IMG/VR virus record: IMGVR_UViG_2526164702_000004
Location: 1-64,000 of that record
Origin: a virus
Taxonomy: Duplodnaviria > Caudoviricetes
DNA: 64,000 nt
Strand: one strand, 5' to 3'
Shown in pieces: positions 47,466 through 54,957 of this stretch. The notes under the pieces were generated by a model, which saw only the letters and a list, made by a program, of their open reading frames with translations, searched no databases and was not told the origin of the DNA. Made by a program: the position numbers and the translations under genes. The number at the start of each line of letters is the position of its first letter. Position 1 is the first letter of the stretch.

Positions 47466-47576
47466 AACAATACCCCGATCCTTAACCAAAATATGGCCGC
47501 ATCTTTGTGCGCTCATGCAGTGTGAACTTTGTGTTGAGAGATTTAATGAGTGTGATAACAATGGAATTAAGAGATG
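47466..47576 (+). repeat. ~110-bp cassette leader; near-identical copies at ~47882-47992 and ~48307-48417
   Basis: caataccccgatccttaaccaaaatatggccgc...ggaatt(a/g)agagATG. Confidence 0.92.
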
Positions 47577-47831
47577 GCCACGAAAAAAGAAATGATCGAT
47601 CAGGCAATAGAACGCCGACAGCACTGTTTGAATACAAGCGAATCGGATCGTGCGCTTATGATAGAATATATTCGGGAATTTGTAGAACTGAAACGCGGAA
47701 ATCAAATTCTACTCGCACGGGAGAGTGGAATTCCTCAGTCCAAGATTTCGAATCTTCTCAATGGAACCGGCACATCTGCAGGAATGGAGACGTTGGTAAT
47801 CCTCGCACTTGCTGTAAAAAATATAACGTAG
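47574..47831 (+). CDS. array HTH 3 (helix QSKISN)
   Basis: Paralogue. Confidence 0.85.
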   Translation: MATKKEMIDQAIERRQHCLNTSESDRALMIEYIREFVELKRGNQILLARESGIPQSKISNLLNGTGTSAGMETLVILALAVKNIT

Positions 47832-47875
47832 CGTTATGTTTTTGCCTTGACAAATATATCGCTCAGGTATATATT
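47820..47875 (+). promoter_or_regulatory. operator pair/promoter after HTH3: AATATAAC-N5-GTTATGTT and AATATATC-N5-GGTATATA
   Basis: TTGACA 47847-N17-TATATT 47870. Confidence 0.8.
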
Positions 47876-47989
47876 AATCCCCACAATACCCCGATCCTTA
47901 ACCAAAATATGGCCGCATCTTTGTGCGCTCATGCAGTGTGAACTTTGTGTTGAGAGATTTAATGAGTGTGATAACAATGGAATTGAGAG

Positions 47990-48262
47990 ATGGCAAAAAA
48001 AGAAACGAAAGAGCAATCAATCGAAGAGATTATTGCACACAGGCGGAACTGTCTGGACACGGAAGAGTCAGACAAGGAAGCACTGACGGAGTACGTTCGC
48101 CAGTTTGCAAAAGCGAAGAGGGGAAACACAATTCTTCTTTCGCGCGAAAGTGGAATTCCTCAGTCCAAAATATCGAATCTATTAAACAAAACAGGATCAT
48201 CTCCTGGAATGGAAACTTTAATCATTCTTGCTCAAACTATAAAAAATATACCAACTCGGTAA
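47990..48262 (+). CDS. array HTH 4 (helix QSKISN)
   Basis: Paralogue. Confidence 0.85.
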   Translation: MAKKETKEQSIEEIIAHRRNCLDTEESDKEALTEYVRQFAKAKRGNTILLSRESGIPQSKISNLLNKTGSSPGMETLIILAQTIKNIPTR

Positions 48263-48300
48263 CATTTTTAATTGACAAATGTACCAAGCCGGTATATATT
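48245..48300 (+). promoter_or_regulatory. operator pair/promoter after HTH4: TACC-N5-GGTA x2
   Basis: TTGACA 48272-N17-TATATT 48295. Confidence 0.85.
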
Positions 48301-48414
48301 AATTCCCACAATACCCCGATCCTTAACCAAAATATGGCCGCATCTTTGTGCGCTCATGCAGTGTGAACTTTGTGTTGAGAGATTTAATGAGTGTGATAAC
48401 AATGGAATTGAGAG

Positions 48415-48678
48415 ATGGCAATAGAAAAAGAAACGATCGATCAGGCAATAGAACGCCGACAGCACTGTTTAGATACAAGCGAATCGGATCGTACACTTAT
48501 GATAGAATATATTCGGGAATTCGTAGAACTGAAGCGTGGAAACCAAAGACGTCTTGCAGAAGCAAGCAGTGTTCCGGAATCCAGAATATCCAATCTCTTA
48601 AAAAATACCGGTGTCAGTCCGGGGATAGAAATAATACTTATCCTTGCCCAAAATGCAAAAAAGTTATTATCGCAATAA
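48415..48678 (+). CDS. array HTH 5 (helix ESRISN)
   Basis: Paralogue. Confidence 0.85.
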   Translation: MAIEKETIDQAIERRQHCLDTSESDRTLMIEYIREFVELKRGNQRRLAEASSVPESRISNLLKNTGVSPGIEIILILAQNAKKLLSQ

Positions 48679-48714
48679 CTTTTTATCTTGACAAACTTAA
48701 TAAAACAATAAGTT
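48661..48714 (+). promoter_or_regulatory. operator pair/promoter after HTH5: AAGTTATT-N5-AATAACTT and AACTTAAT-N5-AATAAGTT
   Basis: TTGACA at 48688; the -10 is non-consensus. Confidence 0.8.
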
Positions 48715-48743
48715 TTATTCCTTACAATACCCCGACCAAAAAT

Positions 48744-48768
48744 AAAAAAGCCCGGCGGCAACCGGGCT
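48744..48768 (-). terminator. intrinsic terminator oriented against the operon
   Basis: A6 followed by GCCCGG-N6-CCGGGC on the + strand. Confidence 0.55.
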
Positions 48769-48851
48769 CCGAGGTAAACTTACGTTTAACACCTAAGCGT
48801 TTTTTATCTCCTCTTTTATTTGCGGTCAACCAAAAAATTTAGGAGATACCT

Positions 48852-49046
48852 ATGACCCCAAGATACTACCTGTCAGACCGTGCCCGGATTGCGTTTGAAT
48901 GTTTCGAGATCCGCAACGGATACAAACCAAACCACAAAGAGCAAGTTGAGATATTGCGAAACGAAGGGTTTAACCCGGCAACAATTGCTTTTTTTATGCA
49001 ATGTGTTCACACAACTCCCAGGCATTCCAGTGAGGTGTTCGCATGA
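48852..49046 (+). CDS. small hypothetical early protein
   Basis: AGGAGA SD; 64 aa. Confidence 0.6.
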   Translation: MTPRYYLSDRARIAFECFEIRNGYKPNHKEQVEILRNEGFNPATIAFFMQCVHTTPRHSSEVFA

Positions 49047-49091
49047 AGGCATTGATAAAAATCAAACAAAGTCCGATAATGGATAGGAGAC

Positions 49092-49352
49092 ATGTCGAAG
49101 AAAGAGACGATAAAACAAATTATCGAACACAGACGGAAGTGTGTGGATACAGAAGAGTCAGACAAGGAAGCGCTGACAGAATATATTCGGGAATTTGCAA
49201 AAGCGAAGAGGGGAAATACAATTCTTCTTTCGCGCGAGAGTGGAGTTCCGGATGCCAAAATCTCAAACCTGTTAAATCAAAGTGGATTCCCTCCAGGAAT
49301 GGAAATAATTTTAAAGCTTGCCGAAACAATACAAAAACTACAAAATCTATAG
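49092..49352 (+). CDS. array HTH 6 (helix DAKISN)
   Basis: Paralogue; AGGAGA SD. Confidence 0.85.
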   Translation: MSKKETIKQIIEHRRKCVDTEESDKEALTEYIREFAKAKRGNTILLSRESGVPDAKISNLLNQSGFPPGMEIILKLAETIQKLQNL

Positions 49353-49388
49353 ATTTAGTCCTTGACAATTCTACAGAAACTATAGCTT
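49335..49388 (+). promoter_or_regulatory. operator pair/promoter after HTH6: CTACA-N5-TATAG x2
   Basis: TTGACA at 49362; 33-bp spacing. Confidence 0.8.
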
Positions 49389-49391
49389 ATA

Positions 49392-49593
49392 GCACCTCAT
49401 ACAACTTAGGAGGTGCTATATGAAACAGTTGAGTGAATCAACTCAGTTTCCGATAATGGATGAGAGACATGTCGAAGAAAGAGACGATAAAACAAATTAT
49501 CGAACACAGACGGAAGTGTGTGGATTCGGAGCAAGAACACCGCGAAGCGTTAATAGAATACATTCGAGAGTTTGTGCGGGCGAAACGCGGGAA
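49392..49593 (+). repeat. ~200-bp leader plus 5' HTH repeat, copy 377 bp downstream; 25-bp core also at 50146
   Basis: gcacctcatacaacttaggaggtgc... direct comparison. Confidence 0.9.
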
Positions 49594-49729
49594 CACAGCT
49601 TTACTTACTCAACAAACCGGCATTCCCGGATCACGAATATCCCATCTTGTAAACAACACAGGCCGTCCTCCTGGAATGGATGGACTCCTAACTTTAGCCG
49701 AAGCAATAACAAAACTGCACAAAGTGTAA
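49469..49729 (+). CDS. array HTH 7 (helix GSRISH)
   Basis: Paralogue; start set at MSKK by analogy with HTH6. Confidence 0.85.
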   Translation: MSKKETIKQIIEHRRKCVDSEQEHREALIEYIREFVRAKRGNTALLTQQTGIPGSRISHLVNNTGRPPGMDGLLTLAEAITKLHKV

Positions 49730-49765
49730 ATTTATTCCTTGACAATGTTGCACATTGTGCAACAT
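49712..49765 (+). promoter_or_regulatory. operator pair/promoter after HTH7: TGCA-N5-TG(C/T)A
   Basis: Perfect ATGTTGCA-N5-TGCAACAT; TTGACA at 49739. Confidence 0.85.
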
Positions 49766-49845
49766 TCTGCACCTCATACAACTTAGGAGGTGCTATATGA
49801 AACAGTTGAGTGAATCAACTCAGTTTCCGATAATGGATGAGAGAC

Positions 49846-50106
49846 ATGTCGAAGAAAGAGACGATAAAACAAATTATCGAACACAGACGGAAGTGTGTGG
49901 ATTCGGAGCAAGAACACCGCGAAGCGTTAATAGAATACATTCGAGAGTTTGTAGAACAGAAACGAGGAAACACAGTTCTTCTTTCACAACAAACAGGAAT
50001 TCCAGTTTCGCGTATCTCCAATCTGGTCAACAACTCTGGCCGACCTCCGGGCATGGACGGACTTCTAACGCTTGCGGAGGTAATTCAAAAAGTACACAAT
50101 GTTTAG
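49846..50106 (+). CDS. array HTH 8 (helix VSRISN)
   Basis: Paralogue; 5' half identical to HTH7. Confidence 0.85.
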   Translation: MSKKETIKQIIEHRRKCVDSEQEHREALIEYIREFVEQKRGNTVLLSQQTGIPVSRISNLVNNSGRPPGMDGLLTLAEVIQKVHNV

Positions 50107-50142
50107 ATTTATTTATTGACAAAAATAAACATTGTGTAGATA
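50089..50142 (+). promoter_or_regulatory. operator pair/promoter after HTH8: consensus TACA-N5-TGTA
   Basis: TTGACA at 50116; one mismatch per site. Confidence 0.7.
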
Positions 50143-50173
50143 TTCGCACCTCATACAACTTAGGAGGTGCAGC

Positions 50174-50311
50174 GTGAACCCCGACACAGACCACCAAATG
50201 GACGCACTACGTAATATCGTCCAACTATCTCAAGACGTGCAGGCTGTCCGTAACTGGATTGATGCGAGTGAGCAAATTGCAGAAACCCCGTTAACCGAGG
50301 TGGAGCAATGA
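50174..50311 (+). CDS. small hypothetical early protein (45 aa)
   Basis: AGGAGG SD, GTG start; stop-start overlaps at both ends. Confidence 0.55.
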   Translation: MNPDTDHQMDALRNIVQLSQDVQAVRNWIDASEQIAETPLTEVEQ

Positions 50312-50356
50312 ATTGCTTGAGTAAAATCTTAGAAATTCCGAAAATAGGAATAACAC

Positions 50357-50635
50357 ATGTCTTTAACAGACGAACAAATAAAAAAGACGATTCCCGCAAT
50401 TATTCGTCAAAGACGAGAGAGTATCTCAAGAGAAGACATCGACAAACAGATGTTAGTCGATTATATCCGATACTTTGTCAATTTAAAACGTGGAAATGCG
50501 GCTCTTCTTGTAAAGGAGACAAAATTTCCTTCTGGAAATTTATCTCGTCTTATTTCCGGCGAGGGTGCTCAACCGTCCTTCGAGCGAATTCTTTCTATCG
50601 CCGAAACTGTTCAAATTCTGCTAAAAAAGCAGTAA
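50357..50635 (+). CDS. array HTH 9 (helix SGNLSR, most divergent)
   Basis: LVDYIRYFVNLKRGNAALL; AGGA SD. Confidence 0.8.
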   Translation: MSLTDEQIKKTIPAIIRQRRESISREDIDKQMLVDYIRYFVNLKRGNAALLVKETKFPSGNLSRLISGEGAQPSFERILSIAETVQILLKKQ

Positions 50636-50671
50636 TAATTCTTGACAAAAAACCTTCTATAATAGCAGTTT
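50615..50671 (+). promoter_or_regulatory. operator pair/promoter after HTH9: CT(G/T)CT-N5-AGCAG
   Basis: TTGACA at 50642; spacing is 36 bp rather than 33. Confidence 0.55.
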
Positions 50672-50699
50672 TCTTTTGCTGCTTTAAGGAGGCATTGTC

Positions 50700-51017
50700 A
50701 TGACATTCAAAGAAGATCAGCAAATGAGCCAGTTAAAAAAACTCATTAGTGAGTCCTCGATAAGCTTGTTGTCTTTGTCGGTTAACGGGATCTCACTTGA
50801 TGACGTTATGCGCGTGGAAAAACAAAAACAGAACGTAAAAGAATCTCGTGCCCGTCTCCGTGCTTTGTTTGTGAGTTACAGACAGACAATCAGGTATCTC
50901 AAAGGGCAAGTCAAAGAGCGTGATGAGGCACTCATGGTGCTCCGTGCGGAGACGGATGCAATGGCGGACGTGATTACGGACATCAAAAAATCGTACGGCT
51001 TCAAGGCGGTGGTGTGA
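50700..51017 (+). CDS. coiled-coil hypothetical protein
   Basis: AAGGAGG SD. Confidence 0.6.
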   Translation: MTFKEDQQMSQLKKLISESSISLLSLSVNGISLDDVMRVEKQKQNVKESRARLRALFVSYRQTIRYLKGQVKERDEALMVLRAETDAMADVITDIKKSYGFKAVV

Positions 51018-51826
51018 TGGAAGAAAATTCAATTGTAAGAGCAGATAATCCTGTTGAGCAGATGCGTCGGGCGACTGATGTCGCTGGTGCGTGTCGTGAG
51101 ATAGTGAACCGAACCGTGCAAGAAATCCAGGGTAAAAAATACATTAGAGTTGAGGGTTGGCAGGCAATATGTAACGCTCACGGTTGTGCGGCCTCGTCTG
51201 GATCTGTAGAGAGAGTCGAGGGTGGATTTCGCGCAATTGGTCAGATCCGTAGGCGATCAGATGGTGTCGTGATTGCCGAGGCAGAGGGCTTCATTGGTGA
51301 CGACGAAAGTTCTTGGAGTGGTAGGCCAGAATACGCAAAAAGAGCAATGGCCCAAACCCGAGCGATTTCACGGGCTTGTAGATCTGCATTTGCGCATGTT
51401 GTAGTATTAATAGACGAAAATCTATTGACTACACCGGCTGAAGAAGTTCCGGCATCGGACGCGAATCCCTCAGCCGAAACTTCAAAAAAATCTAATACAA
51501 CTAAACCTACTGAAGTATCGCCCGAAACTCCTATCGGAAAACCGGCCTCAAAAGAACACAAGGAAGCGTTTTTTAAGACTAACGGTAAAGCGACGTTTAT
51601 CTCGAATTTTGGAGTTGAGATACTCAAGATCGACGGCACGTATCTCTACGTTCCAGTCGGTAGTTATAAAAAGCAGCAGGCTGGACAACCGATCGATTTA
51701 ACGCCTCCAGCGAGTTCGCCTAAAACCAACTCGGAAAAACCTGTCAATGGAACGGCTACTGAACTCGCTGGAGTAGGGGCAGGAACAAAGCCGGCTGTCA
51801 GTGATGACGAGGAGGATTTATTCTAA
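51014..51826 (+). CDS. putative single-strand annealing recombinase (Rad52/Sak-like)
   Basis: KKYIRVEGWQ...AMAQTRAISRA; Pro/Ser-rich tail with acidic C-terminus DDEEDLF. Confidence 0.55.
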   Translation: MMEENSIVRADNPVEQMRRATDVAGACREIVNRTVQEIQGKKYIRVEGWQAICNAHGCAASSGSVERVEGGFRAIGQIRRRSDGVVIAEAEGFIGDDESSWSGRPEYAKRAMAQTRAISRACRSAFAHVVVLIDENLLTTPAEEVPASDANPSAETSKKSNTTKPTEVSPETPIGKPASKEHKEAFFKTNGKATFISNFGVEILKIDGTYLYVPVGSYKKQQAGQPIDLTPPASSPKTNSEKPVNGTATELAGVGAGTKPAVSDDEEDLF

Positions 51827-52341
51827 TGGCTGCACTCGCAACATTCAAACTATTCGAACTCAACGATCTGTATTATCAGACACTCTACTCCGCGATTAAT
51901 CCGGACACGGGTGAAATTGTAGATGAGGTTCTTGCGGAGAAGTTGAACGAGATCGTTGAAGCAAAGGAAAAGAAACTCCTCAATCTTGGGTGCATATATT
52001 GCGAACTCGAACTTGAGGCAGCAGCTTTAAAATCAAAAGAAGCCAATCTTAAAAAGAGGAGAGAGGCCCTTGAAAAAAGGTATAAGAGCCTTTTAAGATT
52101 TATTAAAGCTAATCTGCAAGAGGGGACTAAACTCAAAGACGATCGAGTTAAGCTCTATTGGCGCAAAAGCGAATCCTTGGATGTAAAAATACCTGATAAT
52201 CAACTCCTTACCGTACTCGGCGAAGAGTTTACAAAAATTGAATATAGCCCAATGAAAAATGAACTCAAGGCTGCTATTAAATCAGGGAGATCATTTAAGG
52301 GTGTCGAGTTAATAGAGAATCAAAATCTACAAATAGATTAA
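51826..52341 (+). CDS. siphovirus Gp157-family protein
   Basis: Coiled coil; KLYWRKSESL; LKAAIKSG...GVELIENQNLQI. Confidence 0.85.
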   Translation: MAALATFKLFELNDLYYQTLYSAINPDTGEIVDEVLAEKLNEIVEAKEKKLLNLGCIYCELELEAAALKSKEANLKKRREALEKRYKSLLRFIKANLQEGTKLKDDRVKLYWRKSESLDVKIPDNQLLTVLGEEFTKIEYSPMKNELKAAIKSGRSFKGVELIENQNLQID

Positions 52342-52351
52342 GGAGCTATGC

Positions 52352-52525
52352 ATGGATAATCAAAAGAGAGATAGAATTAGAATTTTGAATCAATACGACG
52401 CGCTCTTTGATGATAAGTGTGATGAATCATTGGATGAGGTCACTCACATCATTGCAGGACTTATAGAGATCGACGAAGACCTAATTCGTCAGACCGTCCT
52501 CGAGAGATGGTACGAGGCCGCATAA
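52352..52525 (+). CDS. small hypothetical protein (57 aa)
   Basis: AAGGAG SD. Confidence 0.5.
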   Translation: MDNQKRDRIRILNQYDALFDDKCDESLDEVTHIIAGLIEIDEDLIRQTVLERWYEAA

Positions 52526-52529
52526 GAGT

Positions 52530-52735
52530 AAGTAGCGTAATCCCTGGCACGGCAGGGATAGGGGTATCTCCTAAGTTTAGCCGACCGTGCGCGGCACTTT
52601 TGGATTGTCGGAGATTAGCGAGCTAATTTTGGGTAGCACCCACCATTCTAGACCATGGGCAAGCTCGGATCCTATAGGGAGCTTAACGACGAAATGTCTA
52701 CTAAACCTTATAGGCTCTCCGAAAATCCAAAAGGA
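52530..52735 (+). ncRNA. candidate structured RNA with kissing loops
   Basis: Hairpins 52540-52559 and 52580-52595 have complementary loops; 17-bp stem 52597-52613/52717-52733. Confidence 0.55.
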
Positions 52736-52749
52736 ATAAAAGAGGAATC

Positions 52750-52932
52750 ATGAAAGTTAAAACATTAATTAAGAAACTAGAGAAATGTAATCCAGAAGCA
52801 ATTGTAGAATTCGGCACAGCTTCTGGATCTGAGTCAGGTAAGGTGATCGACGTGTTCGCTGAAAAGGATAAAAAAATAGTAACACTTGATCTCGTATCGA
52901 CTCATTTTTTCGGCGAAAAAGCGGATTGGTGA
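52750..52932 (+). CDS. small hypothetical protein
   Basis: GAGGA SD; MKVKTLIKKLEKCNPEAIV. Confidence 0.6.
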   Translation: MKVKTLIKKLEKCNPEAIVEFGTASGSESGKVIDVFAEKDKKIVTLDLVSTHFFGEKADW

Positions 52933-53019
52933 TACTATGAATTTTGAGCTATACTATTACGATTTTATAATACTCAAACAATACGCAATACTAACCGTGT
53001 GGTATAGTCTTGCGCTGGC

Positions 53020-53331
53020 ATGTGTATCTGGGTCTTCCGTAGTTTGCTCTATATGTATAAGGACTTTAATCAAACTATGGAAACCGGCTTAAAATTTTTG
53101 ATCGGATTAACTGCAATTTCCGTTATATCGGTGTTTTACTTTTTGCAGTGGTTACACGGTAGATCAGAAGATTATGATGCTGACGATCTTATACAAAAGT
53201 GGAGTCACATACGCAAAAGTTATTTAACACAAGAGGACGCCGCTTTAAAGGCTGCAAACTCTACTGATAAAGCTAAAAATACAAAACCGGTTTCTTTTTT
53301 GGACCCGACAAAGCGACATAAAGGACAGTGA
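53020..53331 (+). CDS. single-TM hypothetical protein (start likely METGLK)
   Basis: Hydrophobic helix. Confidence 0.4.
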   Translation: MCIWVFRSLLYMYKDFNQTMETGLKFLIGLTAISVISVFYFLQWLHGRSEDYDADDLIQKWSHIRKSYLTQEDAALKAANSTDKAKNTKPVSFLDPTKRHKGQ

Positions 53332-53349
53332 GAGGAAGGGATAATTATC

Positions 53350-53658
53350 ATGATTGCGGATACGCAAAACGAACACATAAATAGTATATTACAAAAACAT
53401 AAATTTAAACAAGTTAGGCCGAACGAATGGAATTTTGTTGGAACTGTATATACGAAGATGGCTTTAAAATACGGGACAATGGAATTTCATCACGTTGATC
53501 TTTGTAGTAGTATAACAATAAATATTGGTGATCAGATTATAATCAAAAAAAACAACTCTGTTGTTTTTGTAACGGATAGCCTGGATGACCTCGATAGTTA
53601 TCTAAACAATACTCTCTATCTGACTTCGCCTATGCAAAATACAGAGTGTGTTGTATGA
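53350..53658 (+). CDS. hypothetical protein
   Basis: ORF with SD. Confidence 0.5.
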   Translation: MIADTQNEHINSILQKHKFKQVRPNEWNFVGTVYTKMALKYGTMEFHHVDLCSSITINIGDQIIIKKNNSVVFVTDSLDDLDSYLNNTLYLTSPMQNTECVV

Positions 53659-54734
53659 ATGCCGTTCCTCGTAGAGTTCCACGTCCCAATCGGCCCGAGG
53701 GATCTTCTTATGCTGTTGTTGATTTTAATGTTGTTAACGGATTCGGACTGACAGACGGAGAGAAAATAATTTTTTCGCTGATTCACAATCTTAGTAATCG
53801 GAAGGAAGGGTGTACTGCAACTAACGATTATTTTGCGAGACTATTAGAGAGGTATAACCCGTACGAAAAAGATTCTGAAAAACTTTTGGCGGAAAAAACG
53901 AAAGCTGAAAAAGCCATTTCGGCCTCTATCTCAAGGTTAGCAAAAAAGGGTGCGATAACAGTCAGGCTTTTAAAAACAAAAAACGGGACAAGTCGGTTTA
54001 TTTTTTCTAACGTTCGAATCATCAAACCCACTCCACAAAATATAGACCCGGGTCCACAAAATGTGGAAGACCCCCCACAAAAAGTAGAGTGGGGTCCACA
54101 AAATATAGAGTGCATGCACTCCACAAAATGTGGAGCAGATATTAAAGGGGATAATAAACTAGATAGTACAAAGAAAGAAAAAGAGGTTTCTTCTGAAACT
54201 ATTACATTTGTAAACGTTTACGAAAAAACAAAAGAGCTTCTCGCTTCGAGGAATATCGAATACGTTCATACTGTTGGAAAAGAAACCTCTGCTTTAAATT
54301 GGTTTATGACTTCTGGTCTTTCGGCTGATAAGATTATAGAGGTTGTATCTAATCTTATACGGATCAAAGAGTCTAAGGAATTCAAAGACGATCTTAAATT
54401 TTGGAAACCGATTCCGATCACAATTGCATCTGCAAAATCTTATTACGAAAAAATACAATCAACTATAGTCGCGCTAAAGCCGCCATCCTCGGAACGACCA
54501 ACACAAACTAATCACCAACCAGATTTTGAATACTTCGAGGATTATATTCAGGCACAAAAAATATCACCGACAACAAAACAGTTTATCCTAAGTGCAAAAT
54601 CACCGGAGGAGTATTACGATCCAAATTCGACAAACCCTAAAATTACATATGCGAAATCATTTTACGAAACATTCAAAAAATCTAAACAAGACAAAGGGGA
54701 GCCATGCAAGTTCAAACGGCCAACAGCAGCATGA
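53646..54734 (+). CDS. lambda O-like replication initiator
   Basis: N-terminal wHTH (CTATNDYFA...ISASISRLAKKG); internal iterons. Confidence 0.75.
   Translation: MCCMNAVPRRVPRPNRPEGSSYAVVDFNVVNGFGLTDGEKIIFSLIHNLSNRKEGCTATNDYFARLLERYNPYEKDSEKLLAEKTKAEKAISASISRLAKKGAITVRLLKTKNGTSRFIFSNVRIIKPTPQNIDPGPQNVEDPPQKVEWGPQNIECMHSTKCGADIKGDNKLDSTKKEKEVSSETITFVNVYEKTKELLASRNIEYVHTVGKETSALNWFMTSGLSADKIIEVVSNLIRIKESKEFKDDLKFWKPIPITIASAKSYYEKIQSTIVALKPPSSERPTQTNHQPDFEYFEDYIQAQKISPTTKQFILSAKSPEEYYDPNSTNPKITYAKSFYETFKKSKQDKGEPCKFKRPTAA
54033..54133 (+). repeat. five CCACAAAA iterons (lytic origin candidate)
   Basis: Starts at 54033, 54054, 54075, 54096 and 54121 (21-bp period; last interval 25). Confidence 0.8.
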
Positions 54735-54901
54735 CGAACGAACAATTGGGAGCGTCAATTCATTGGCATCTTAACAGTGGGTATAGAATCGAACGGACAT
54801 ACGAGATTTTTGCAAGACGAGGAGCAACGTTAGCGCTCGTTACTGAGATCTACGAAAAAATGAAAAGTGAACGTGCTGAACTGGCGAGGAGGGGAAAATG
54901 A
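54704..54901 (+). CDS. small hypothetical protein
   Basis: GGGAG SD. Confidence 0.45.
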   Translation: MQVQTANSSMTNEQLGASIHWHLNSGYRIERTYEIFARRGATLALVTEIYEKMKSERAELARRGK

Positions 54902-54957
54902 GTTTATATGAAGATGTTAATTGCCCTTACTGTGGAGAGGGTTGAGATTAATAAGAA

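Larger units (their letters stand above)
46734..50703 (+). other. chain of alternative-frame bridging ORFs enclosing each HTH gene
   Basis: 46734-47525, 47522-47941, 47938-48366, 48363-48842, 49043-49423, 49420-49800, 49797-50177 and 50308-50703, linked by NTGA overlaps. Confidence 0.7.

Noticed and set aside
47466-48417. Repeated leaders as a CRISPR array
   Set aside because: Repeats are 50-200 bp, the intervening DNA is ~300-bp protein-coding genes, and no cas genes are present
46725-50703. Integron, shufflon or DGR as the diversifying mechanism
   Set aside because: No attC-like sites, recombinase or reverse transcriptase in the window; variation is not adenine-specific
46665-50703. Bridge ORFs as conserved functional proteins
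   Set aside because: Peptides are poorly conserved and compositionally skewed with no recognisable fold; retained only as a translation phenomenon
52681-52702. Hammerhead ribozyme (GACGAAA seen)
   Set aside because: No CUGAUGA core found at a compatible position
54898-54945. MSLYEDVNCPYCGEG* mini-ORF
   Set aside because: Probably a deletion remnant of a zinc-finger gene; too short to call
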